Positions 24,439 to 31,527 of a stretch of DNA of 31,527 nt are shown one piece after another. Position 1 is the stretch's first letter. Each line of letters opens with the position of its first letter. This DNA comes from Armatimonadota bacterium. GTDB lineage: Bacteria > Armatimonadota > Armatimonadia > Armatimonadales > Capsulimonadaceae. The stretch lies in contig JANOOM010000638.1 of assembly GCA_031421335.1 (NCBI GenBank), forward strand, positions 1 to 31,527, given 5' to 3'. A program made the translations under genes and the position numbers. The notes beneath the pieces are model-generated. The model saw nothing but the letters and a program-made list of their open reading frames with translations, was not told the origin of the DNA and searched no databases.

Positions 24439-25644
24439 TCAATCGCGGTATTCGCGGCGGTCGTCCAGGCGGGGCAGACCCGCGCCATCCCCGCCGCCCG
24501 CATGGGCAGCGATCAGCTCCTCATAGACCGATATCATGCGCCCGCCGACGCGTTCGGGCGTGCGCGCCGACGCCCCGCGCTTGGCTTCTTCCGCCAGGCG
24601 GCGCCGGGCGTCAGGATCGGACAGCAGGGCGAGCGCCTGCGCGGCCATGGCCCGCGCGTCGTCAGCGACCAGGAATCCATCCACGCCGTCGCGGACCGAC
24701 TCGGGCGCCCCGCCCACGTTGACCACGACGCAGGGCAGACCGGCGGCCAGGGCTTCGCCGACAGCCAGTCCCTGCGTCTCGGTCTTGGAAGGGAACAAGA
24801 ACAGGTCGGAAGCCTGATAAAGCGGGTCCAGCTTGGTGCGGCCCAGGAACCCGGCGAAGCGGGTCCGCCGGTGGACGCCCAGGGCGCGGGCGCGCGCCTC
24901 CAATGTCCCCCGGCTCTTGCCGCTGCCGGCCAGGATCAGGTAAGTGTCGTTGGTCTTCTCGGTGACGAGGGCGAAGGCGCGTAGCAGCAGGTCCAGGTTC
25001 TTTTCAGGGGCCAGGCGGCCGACGTAAAGGAGGAGGTGGGCGTCGGGCGGCAGGCCGAACTCCTGCTTCGTCTCGGGCGGGCGCTGGAGCAGATAGGGCG
25101 GCGCGGGGATGGCCGTCGGGACGACGGAAACGGGCGTCTGCACCCCGTACCCTTCCAGCACGCGCTGGGTGAGCCTGGAGGGGGCCAGGATCCGGTCGCA
25201 GGTGTTGTAGAATCTGCGCATCCAGCGGACCAGGACCCAGCGGGTGACCCCGACCGTGGGCAGGGGCAGATAGTGGGCGTACTCCGTGTAGAGGGTGTGG
25301 TTGGTGGCGACGTGCGGCAGGCCCAGGGACCGGGCGACCCGGCGGGCGAGCAGGCCCAGGAAGAACGGCGAGTGGGAATGGACGATGTCGAGCTTCAGAG
25401 CCGGGATGGCGCGGGCGATGCGCGGCGAGAAGATGATTGGCAAAACATAGTCCGGCTCGACGACGGCATTGACGGAGGGGTAGCGGAAGACGCCGGGGCG
25501 CTCATCCCGGTAGCGCGGGAAGCGGGAAGTAAAAACGAATGCCTCGTGCCCGGCCTGCTCCAAGTGGGCGATGAGGGTCTGGACGGACGTGGAAACGCCG
25601 TTGATGAGGGGCGGATAGCTTTCGGTGAAGATGCCGACGCGCAT
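24439..25644 (-). CDS. Glycosyltransferase family 4, resembling diacylglycerol/lipid glycosyltransferases
   Basis: MRVGIFTESYPPLINGVSTSV, HSHSPF, THTLY-like NHTLY, GRLAPEKN, ETQGLAVGEALAAGLP. Confidence 0.9.
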   Translation of the reverse strand: MRVGIFTESYPPLINGVSTSVQTLIAHLEQAGHEAFVFTSRFPRYRDERPGVFRYPSVNAVVEPDYVLPIIFSPRIARAIPALKLDIVHSHSPFFLGLLARRVARSLGLPHVATNHTLYTEYAHYLPLPTVGVTRWVLVRWMRRFYNTCDRILAPSRLTQRVLEGYGVQTPVSVVPTAIPAPPYLLQRPPETKQEFGLPPDAHLLLYVGRLAPEKNLDLLLRAFALVTEKTNDTYLILAGSGKSRGTLEARARALGVHRRTRFAGFLGRTKLDPLYQASDLFLFPSKTETQGLAVGEALAAGLPCVVVNVGGAPESVRDGVDGFLVADDARAMAAQALALLSDPDARRRLAEEAKRGASARTPERVGGRMISVYEELIAAHAGGGDGAGLPRLDDRREYRD

Positions 25645-25653
25645 GGTGGTATC

Positions 25654-26130
25654 CTAGTCCTCTTCGGGTCCGTCCTCGGGCCCATCCTGGGGTCCATCCT
25701 GGGGTCCATCGCCCGCTTCCAGGGGCTTCTGCCGGTCCTCTTTGAAGGCCAGGACACTGGACAGCTTGAAGCGGCGCTGGTTGCCCGCCGAGCGCTCGTG
25801 CGGCAGGATGCCCCGGTTGGTGTAGCGGCGGACGGTGGTCGGGCAGACCTCCAGGATGCATGCGGTCTCTTCCAGGGTCAGGGTCGGGTCCATCAATCGG
25901 CGCAGCAGCTCCTCGCGCGTCTCCTCCTTGCGCGGCCCGCGCCCCGCCCGCGGCGGGGCGGCGGGGGACGCAGGCCCGTCGAGGAGGTCCAGGGGCAGGG
26001 CGCGCGCTAATTCGTAGCCGTTCTCGCGGCCATTCTCGTGGCCGTGCCGGGGTGCTGTGGACGGCCTTTTGGCGACCGCCTTGCCTAGCAGGTCCACATA
26101 CTTGTTCCAGTCCTGAACATTACGCAACAA
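25654..26130 (-). CDS. Excisionase/MerR-type helix-turn-helix DNA-binding protein
   Basis: LTLEETACILEVCPTTVRRYTNRGILPHERSAGNQRRF. Confidence 0.8.
   Translation of the reverse strand: MLRNVQDWNKYVDLLGKAVAKRPSTAPRHGHENGRENGYELARALPLDLLDGPASPAAPPRAGRGPRKEETREELLRRLMDPTLTLEETACILEVCPTTVRRYTNRGILPHERSAGNQRRFKLSSVLAFKEDRQKPLEAGDGPQDGPQDGPEDGPEED
25666..25710. repeat. 12-bp tandem repeat (about 4 copies) encoding DGPQ/DGPE
   Basis: GGGTCCGTCCTC GGGCCCATCCTG GGGTCCATCCTG GGGTCCATC. Confidence 0.8.
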
Positions 26131-26157
26131 CGCGGCCCTCCCGACAGCCCAAAGTAT

Positions 26158-27210
26158 TTAGATAATCAGCATGGCGTCGCCAAACGATAAAAAGCGGTAG
26201 CCCGAGTCCAGGGCCTCCTGGTAGGCGCGGCGAATGGCCCCCGTGCCGGCCAAGGCGCTGACGAGCAGCAGCAGCGTGGAGCGGGGCATGTGGAAGTTCG
26301 TGACCAGGGCATCCACGACCTGGAATTTATAGCCCGGCGTCACATACAAAGACGTCTCCCCGTTTATCGGGCCGACGCGGCGCGGGCCGATGGCGGCGCT
26401 TTCCAGGGTCCGGGCCGACGTCGTGCCGACCGCGATGATGCGACCCCGCGCGCCGTTGATGATGCCGGCGGCTTCGGCGCCGACTGTGACGCGCTCGGCG
26501 TGCATCTGGTGGGCCAGAACGTCGTCGGTCTCGATGGGCCGGAAGGTGCCCAGGCCGACGTGGAGGGTGACGCGGGCGACCGAAACGCCGCGCGACTCGA
26601 TCCGGGCGAGCAGGTCCGGCGTGAAGTGCAGACCCGCCGTGGGCGCGGCGGCGGACCCGCCCGAGTCGGCGTAGACGGTCTGGTAGCGCTCGCGCTTTTC
26701 GGGCGGCAGCGGTGTCCCGATATAAGGTGGCAGCGGGGCCGACGAAAGGGCGGCGATGGCGTCTTCGACGGCCACGCCGGACGGCGATTGGAACTGCAAG
26801 AGGCGCCCGCCGCGCTCGTCGGTCTTTTCGACCACTTCAGCGATCAAGCCGTCCCCGAACTCGACCGAGACACCCGGCAGCAGCTTTTTGCCCGGCCGGA
26901 CCAGCGCGCACCATTTGCCCTCGGCGACGCGGTGGGTCAGGAATGCCTCAATGCGCTCTTCGGGGTGGCCGGGCCGCGCGCCGAACAAGCGCTGTGCGGT
27001 GACGCGGGTATCGTTGAGCACAAGCACGTCGCCGCTCTGGAGATATTCGGGCAGGTCAAAAAAGTGGCGGTGCGTGAGCGACCCGTCAGCGCGGTCCAGG
27101 ATCAGCAGGCGTGAGGAGTCGCGCGGCTCCAGCGGCGTCTGCGCGATCCGTTCAGCGGGCAGGGAGTAATCAAAGTCGGACAGATGCAGGGATGGCGTGA
27201 GTTCTTCCAT
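26158..27210 (-). CDS. queA: S-adenosylmethionine:tRNA ribosyltransferase-isomerase
   Basis: SDFDYSLP, IAQTP, VLNDTRV, PLPPYI, RYQTVYA, AAPTAGLHF, LHVGLGTF, TNFHMPRSTL, YRFLSFGDAM. Confidence 0.97.
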   Translation of the reverse strand: MEELTPSLHLSDFDYSLPAERIAQTPLEPRDSSRLLILDRADGSLTHRHFFDLPEYLQSGDVLVLNDTRVTAQRLFGARPGHPEERIEAFLTHRVAEGKWCALVRPGKKLLPGVSVEFGDGLIAEVVEKTDERGGRLLQFQSPSGVAVEDAIAALSSAPLPPYIGTPLPPEKRERYQTVYADSGGSAAAPTAGLHFTPDLLARIESRGVSVARVTLHVGLGTFRPIETDDVLAHQMHAERVTVGAEAAGIINGARGRIIAVGTTSARTLESAAIGPRRVGPINGETSLYVTPGYKFQVVDALVTNFHMPRSTLLLLVSALAGTGAIRRAYQEALDSGYRFLSFGDAMLII

Positions 27211-27238
27211 AGGGCGCAGTGCGGGGGGCCGCAGTGCT

Positions 27239-27267
27239 ATTGTAGCGGAAGGAGGGGCGACTGTCAA
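27239..27267 (-). promoter_or_regulatory. Sigma70-type promoter of queA
   Basis: Minus strand TTGACA-N17-TACAAT. Confidence 0.8.
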
Positions 27268-27283
27268 GGGGCGCGGCGGGCAA

Positions 27284-27736
27284 TCAGTGGGCGACGAGGC
27301 GCTTGGAGAGGCGCGCGATCATGCCGGCCCCATTGTGGCGCAGCTCGACGTGGTCCATCAGGGCGCGCATGAGGTGGAGGCCGCGCCCGCCCAGGGCACC
27401 GGTGTCTTCCTGCTGGTGTTGGGCGGCGGGGTCGAAGCCGTGGCCCTGGTCGTGGATCTCGACGAAGAAAACGTCCCCGCCCAGTCCGCTGATGATCACG
27501 ATACGGCAGGAAGAGGACGGGGAGCCGTACAGGATGGCATTCGTGACGGCCTCGCCGACAGCGATCTCGACGTCGGCAAGGTCCAGCCCGCTCAGGCCCG
27601 CCCGAGTGGCGAGTTCGCGGACGCGTTCTCGCGCCTGCCCAGCATTTCGTGGATGGGCGGTAATTTCGAACTGTTCGTGGAAGTCGTTCAAGGAGAGTCT
27701 CGTTGCAAGCTTTCTGCGGCACTTTGTGGATGGCAC
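27284..27736 (-). CDS. RsbW/SpoIIAB-like anti-sigma factor (ATP-binding protein)
   Basis: AVGEAVTNAILYG, IHDQGHGFDP, GGRGLHLMRALMD. Start uncertain. Confidence 0.85.
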   Translation of the reverse strand: MPSTKCRRKLATRLSLNDFHEQFEITAHPRNAGQARERVRELATRAGLSGLDLADVEIAVGEAVTNAILYGSPSSSCRIVIISGLGGDVFFVEIHDQGHGFDPAAQHQQEDTGALGGRGLHLMRALMDHVELRHNGAGMIARLSKRLVAH

Positions 27737-27867
27737 GCACTAATCGTCGGACAGGCAAACTTTACCCGCAAAGGAGTCTCGCCAAACGCCGCGCGATAGG
27801 CTTCACAAGAAACCATGGCCGGTCTCAGGCACTTTTCCGGCCCCCTAGTGGTTATGGTATGACTACG

Positions 27868-27897
27868 TTGACAGAAACGCGTCCGCCAAAGTATAAT
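27868..27897 (+). promoter_or_regulatory. Sigma70-type promoter of the reductase gene
   Basis: TTGACA-N18-TATAAT. Confidence 0.8.
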
Positions 27898-27950
27898 AGA
27901 ACATTGGCAACCGAGTTACTAGGAAATCGGCGATTAGCAGGGAACTACAA

Positions 27951-29609
27951 ATGAGCGACGTCAAGATAACCAAAGAAGAGCGGCTGAAGAAGGAGAAGGC
28001 GGGCCTGGACGTGCTGGCCGACATCTACAAATACGCCGAGACCGGCTTCGGCAGCATTGATCCCGGCGACTTCATGCGCTTCAAATGGTACGGCGTGTAC
28101 CAGCAGCGCCCGAACGAAGGCCACTTCATGATGCGGATCAAGGTCCCCGGCGGGCGCATGACGAGCGAGCAGCTCCGCACCGTCGCCGACCTGACCAAGA
28201 CCTACGCGCGCGGCATCGGCGACATCACCACGCGCCAGACCATCCAGCTCCACTGGCTGACCATCCAGGACATGCCGGACATCTTCGCGCGGCTGGCCGC
28301 CGTCGGCGTGACCACGGCCGGAGCGTGCGGCGACATCACCCGCAACCTGACCTCCTCCCCGGCCGCAGGCTTCGACCCGCAGGAAATCGTGGACACCCGG
28401 CCCGCCGTGGACGCTATCCAGGACTTCTTTCATCTGAACCGCGACTTCGGCGACCTGCCGCGCAAGTTCAAGATCGCCGTGGAAGGCTCGCCGGTCCAGA
28501 GCACCCTGCCGCAGATCAACGACGCTTCCTTGATCGCGCACAGGAGGCTTTCTGACGGCGTGGCCGGATACCACTTCTTTGTCGGCGGGGGCCTGTCCCT
28601 CCAGCCCTTCTTCGGGCAGCAACTCGATATCTTCGTGCCGGCCACCGAACTCGGCAAGATCGTTGACGTCATGCGGGCCATCGCCGAATGCTACCGGGAC
28701 GCCGAGCAGCTCCGCGCCAAGCGCACGCGCGCCCGCTTGAAGTATTTGATGGCCGAGTGGGGGCCGGAGAAGTTCACCGTCGAGGTCCGTGCCAAGCTCG
28801 ACTGGACGCCCGACCCGGCCGCCCCCGGCTTCGAGTTCTCCGACGAGACCTACCGGGACCACATCGGCGTCCACGCCCAGTCGCAGCCGGGCTTGAACTG
28901 GATCGGCCTGTGCATCCTGTCCGGCCGGATCACCGACACGCAGATGCGCCGGGCCGCTGACATCGCCACCAAGTACGGCGGCGGCGAGGTCCGCACGACG
29001 AATGTCCAGAACCTGTTGATCCCGCACATCTCCACCGAAGATCTGCCCGCCGCCCAGGCTGAGCTGGCCGAAGCGGGCTTCGCCTGGGACGTCCCCAACA
29101 TCCGGCGCGGCGCGATGGCCTGCACGGGTATTGAGTTCTGCAACTTGGCGATCACCGAGACCAAGCTGCGGATCAAGGAGGTCATCGGGCATCTGGAGCA
29201 GGTGGTTCCGAACCCCTACGAACGCGGCCTGAAGATCAACATGAACGGCTGCCCGAACTCGTGCGCCCAGCACCACGTCGGCGACATCGGCCTCCAGGGC
29301 TGCCTGGCCCGGCTCGACGACGGCTCGCAGGTGGAAGCTTTCGACGTCCACCTCGGCGGCGACTTGGGGGCGCACCCCTCGTTCACCCGCGCCATCCACC
29401 GTAAGGTGCCCGCTGAAAAGGTGAAGTATGCCTTAGGCAACGTCATCCAGCGCTTCCAGGAGACCCGGCAGGGCGAAGAGCGATTCGCGCAGTGGGCGCA
29501 CCGCCACACCAACGAGGAGCTTGACGCCTTCCTGGGCGTCGAGACCATCGTCGGTGCCCCTGAGCTGCCAGCCTCGGCCCAGGGCGCGGGCGCGACGACG
29601 TGGCGCTGA
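27951..29609 (+). CDS. Ferredoxin-type siroheme/[4Fe-4S] sulfite or nitrite reductase (SirA/NirA family)
   Basis: FKWYGVYQQ, MMRIKVPGG, TTRQTIQLH, LPRKFKIA, ACTGIEFCNLA and GCPNSCAQH (four cluster/siroheme cysteines). Substrate cannot be resolved from sequence alone. Confidence 0.92.
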   Translation: MSDVKITKEERLKKEKAGLDVLADIYKYAETGFGSIDPGDFMRFKWYGVYQQRPNEGHFMMRIKVPGGRMTSEQLRTVADLTKTYARGIGDITTRQTIQLHWLTIQDMPDIFARLAAVGVTTAGACGDITRNLTSSPAAGFDPQEIVDTRPAVDAIQDFFHLNRDFGDLPRKFKIAVEGSPVQSTLPQINDASLIAHRRLSDGVAGYHFFVGGGLSLQPFFGQQLDIFVPATELGKIVDVMRAIAECYRDAEQLRAKRTRARLKYLMAEWGPEKFTVEVRAKLDWTPDPAAPGFEFSDETYRDHIGVHAQSQPGLNWIGLCILSGRITDTQMRRAADIATKYGGGEVRTTNVQNLLIPHISTEDLPAAQAELAEAGFAWDVPNIRRGAMACTGIEFCNLAITETKLRIKEVIGHLEQVVPNPYERGLKINMNGCPNSCAQHHVGDIGLQGCLARLDDGSQVEAFDVHLGGDLGAHPSFTRAIHRKVPAEKVKYALGNVIQRFQETRQGEERFAQWAHRHTNEELDAFLGVETIVGAPELPASAQGAGATTWR

Positions 29610-29621
29610 GAGAGGTCTGCG

Positions 29622-29651
29622 AAGGGCGAGCCGTGAGGCTCGCCCTTTTTT
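29622..29651 (+). terminator. Rho-independent terminator
   Basis: AAGGGCGAGCC-GTGA-GGCTCGCCCTT followed by a T-run. Confidence 0.88.
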
Positions 29652-29755
29652 GTTCGCTGGCTTTGGGTAGAATGCGCCGATGAGACTTGACAGGCTAACG
29701 GTGCGCGGCCATAAGTCTATCAAGGAGTTGAAGTGACGGCACGCGCCATGGCCGC

Positions 29756-29784
29756 TTGCTATTCCTGCGCGAGCGTGATATAAT
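29756..29784 (+). promoter_or_regulatory. Sigma70-type promoter (extended -10) of the sdh operon
   Basis: TTGCTA-N17-TATAAT with TG at the extended -10 position. GGAGG RBS at 29831-29835. Confidence 0.65.
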
Positions 29785-29845
29785 CTTCGCAATACAGTCC
29801 CCTGCCCTACCCGGCGGGGCGACCACGCGCGGAGGAAGAACACGC

Positions 29846-30637
29846 ATGGCCCTGAAAGAAGTGCAGGCACCGGCCGCCGAGCGACCCCCCCGCCCCCAGC
29901 CCTCCCCGCCGAAGATGACCCGGCGCGACGCCTGGTGGGTGCAGCCCCTCCTCACCGCCCTCGTGCTGGGCGGCTTCGCCGTTTACGCGACCTGGCGGGC
30001 CTTTGAGAACGCTTATTACCAGAGCGGCCCGTACTTATCGCCGTTCTACTCGCCCGCCATCGTCACCAAGTGGACGGTGCTGGGGAGACACTTCTCTCCC
30101 GCCCTGTTCATCCTGCCCTTCCCCCTATTTTTCCGGGCGACCTGCTATTACTACCGCAAGGCATACTACCGCGCCTTCTTCTGGGACCCGCCCGCGTGCG
30201 CCGTCGGTGAGATCGCCCCGCGAAAGAACTACACGGGCGAGCGCGCCTTCCCATTCGTCCTGCAAAACCTGCACCGCTACGCCTTCTACGGGGCGGTCGT
30301 CATCCTGGTCGTCCTGTGGTGGGACGCGCTGCTGGCCTTCGACTTCGGCGGGCGGTTCGGGGTGGGGCTAGGCTCGCTCGTGTTCCTGGCGAACATCGTG
30401 CTGCTGAGTTTGTACACGTTCTCGTGTCATTCGTGGCGGCATCTGTCGGGCGGCTGCTCCAACTGCTTCTCGTGCTCGGCAGGGGCGAAGGCAAAGCACA
30501 CGGTCTGGGAGCGGGTAACGCGGCTGAACGAGAACCACGCGCTGTGGGCGTGGCTGAGTTTGTTCAGCGTCGTCATCACCGACCAATATGTGCGTGGCCT
30601 GGCGACGGGCTTGATCCGGGACATGAGGTTCTTCTGA
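29846..30637 (+). CDS. Succinate dehydrogenase membrane anchor of the mycobacterial Sdh1 (Rv0249c-like) type
   Basis: RRDAWWVQP, YLSPFYSP, FRATCYYYRKAYYRAF, YTGERAFP..QNLHRY, YTFSCHSWRH, LNENHALWAW. Followed by an sdhA-like start. Confidence 0.85.
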   Translation: MALKEVQAPAAERPPRPQPSPPKMTRRDAWWVQPLLTALVLGGFAVYATWRAFENAYYQSGPYLSPFYSPAIVTKWTVLGRHFSPALFILPFPLFFRATCYYYRKAYYRAFFWDPPACAVGEIAPRKNYTGERAFPFVLQNLHRYAFYGAVVILVVLWWDALLAFDFGGRFGVGLGSLVFLANIVLLSLYTFSCHSWRHLSGGCSNCFSCSAGAKAKHTVWERVTRLNENHALWAWLSLFSVVITDQYVRGLATGLIRDMRFF

Positions 30638-30639
30638 AC

Positions 30640-30812
30640 GTAGGGGCAGCCTCCCGTGCCTGCCCTGGCTAAACGTAGGGGCAGCCCCCCGTGCCTGCCC
30701 GGACCTACAAAGCCCGGACCTACAAAGCGGCACGGCCCACAGGAAAAAAGGGATAGGAGAAACAGGAAAAAGGAGACAGAGAGGAAGGGCGGCCACGGGG
30801 GGCCGCCCCTAC
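30640..30812. repeat. GTAG-family REP cluster upstream of the RAYT
   Basis: GTAGGGGCAGCC(T/C)CCCGTGCCTGCCC at 30640-30665 and 30675-30700, with an inverted copy at 30787-30812. A 15-bp tandem duplication lies at 30698-30727. Confidence 0.9.
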
Positions 30813-30836
30813 AGGGACGGCTAGGGAAGGGCAACA

Positions 30837-31343
30837 GTGTACGATCCAAACATTCATCATCGGCGCTCGATCCGGCTGCCCAGTTATGATTACACGCAGG
30901 CGGGGGCTTATTTCGTCACAGTATGCGTTCAAGAACGCGCCTGTCTTCTCGGGCGCATCGCGGATGGCCAAATGCAGGAAAGTACCGCAGGTCAGATGGT
31001 TCGGACGGCCTGGGAACAGATACCAATCCAGTATCCTGGAGTGGACATCGATCAATTCGTCATCATGCCTAACCATGTTCATGGCATCCTTGTACTTACA
31101 GAATCGGCCCATGGGAGTGTCTCTTTGTCGCTGCCGGATGTAGTGCAACGCTGGAAATCCTGGACAACGGCTCAGTATAGGCACGGCGTTCATGAGCAGA
31201 CATGGCCGCCCTTCGCAGCGCGGCTCTGGCAGCGCAACTATTACGAACACATCATCCGCGACGAAGGCGAGTGGCGAACCGTGCAGGACTACATCATAAA
31301 CAATCCTGCCCTGTGGCAAACCGACGAGGAACACATCCCGTAG
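30837..31343 (+). mobile_element. REP-associated tyrosine transposase (RAYT, Y1 HUH family)
   Basis: RRSIRLPSYDY, YFVTVC, MPNHVHGIL (HUH), WQRNYYEHIIR (catalytic Tyr region). Flanked by REPs on both sides. Confidence 0.92.
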
Positions 31344-31467
31344 GGGCAGGCCCCCGTGCCTGCCCTCAATCGAGCACGGGCGGAACCAGAGAACTAGGAA
31401 CCGAAGAACGAGGAACCGGAGAACGAGGAACCGGAGAACGAGGGCAGCCACGGGGGGCTGCCCCTAC
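31340..31467. repeat. Inverted REP pair (REPIN) enclosing four 15-bp tandem repeats
   Basis: GTAGGGGCAGGCCCCCGTGCCTGCCC (31340-31365) and GGGCAGCCACGGGGGGCTGCCCCTAC (31442-31467). GGAACCGGAGAACGA-like units x4 at 31382-31441. Confidence 0.9.
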
Positions 31468-31481
31468 GGACATAAAAAACT

Positions 31482-31527
31482 ATGGACGCATACGAGACAT
31501 ACGAATCCGACGTTCTGATCGTCGGGG
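31482..31527 (+). CDS. sdhA: 5' end of succinate dehydrogenase/fumarate reductase flavoprotein subunit (runs off the window)
   Basis: MDAYETYESDVLIVG is the start of an FAD-binding Rossmann motif, and it follows the Sdh1-type anchor. Confidence 0.7.
   Translation, partial: MDAYETYESDVLIVG

Noticed and set aside
25654-26130. Prophage or ICE implied by the excisionase-like HTH
   Set aside because: No integrase, phage or conjugation genes are present, and the gene is embedded among housekeeping genes.
27211-27240. preQ1 riboswitch ahead of queA, or a SAM-type riboswitch ahead of the reductase (27898-27950)
   Set aside because: Both leaders are short (about 20 and about 45 nt) and lack the motifs.
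29687-29715. Second sdh promoter from TTGACA at 29687-29692
   Set aside because: The -10 at proper spacing (CATAAG) is weak, and the downstream TTGCTA-N17-TATAAT fits better.
31382-31441. Possible mini-CRISPR
   Set aside because: The units are 15 bp and contiguous, with no spacers.

Overview
High-GC bacterial chromosomal window. An Armatimonadota-like source is inferred from gene style only and is not verified. From left to right it holds: (i) a minus-strand operon of three hypothetical genes, a PrsA-like foldase lipoprotein and mazG; (ii) a decayed accessory patch (about 4.5-6.4 kb) with nested REP/MITE repeats, a pseudogene, a tRNA-Leu(CAA)-like gene with stem mismatches but an intact promoter and terminator, a probable Rhs remnant and an orphan membrane protein; (iii) a secreted GH31 glycosidase and a sensor-less PP2C phosphatase; (iv) a lower-GC three-gene signalling cassette, bracketed by a 10-bp direct repeat, encoding an APC-permease/HAMP/PAS/histidine-kinase fusion, a single-domain receiver and a REC-HD-GYP phosphodiesterase; (v) a convergent Wzx/Wzy polysaccharide operon led by a GH44 hydrolase under a sigma54-type promoter; (vi) queA, an HTH gene and a GT4 gene, then an RsbW-like gene and a ferredoxin-type sulfite/nitrite reductase; (vii) an Sdh1-type (Rv0249c-like) succinate dehydrogenase operon interrupted by a REP-flanked RAYT transposase. 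The best candidate for an undescribed system is the permease-kinase 'transceptor' to c-di-GMP cassette. Family calls rest on motif recognition by eye, and no searches were run.
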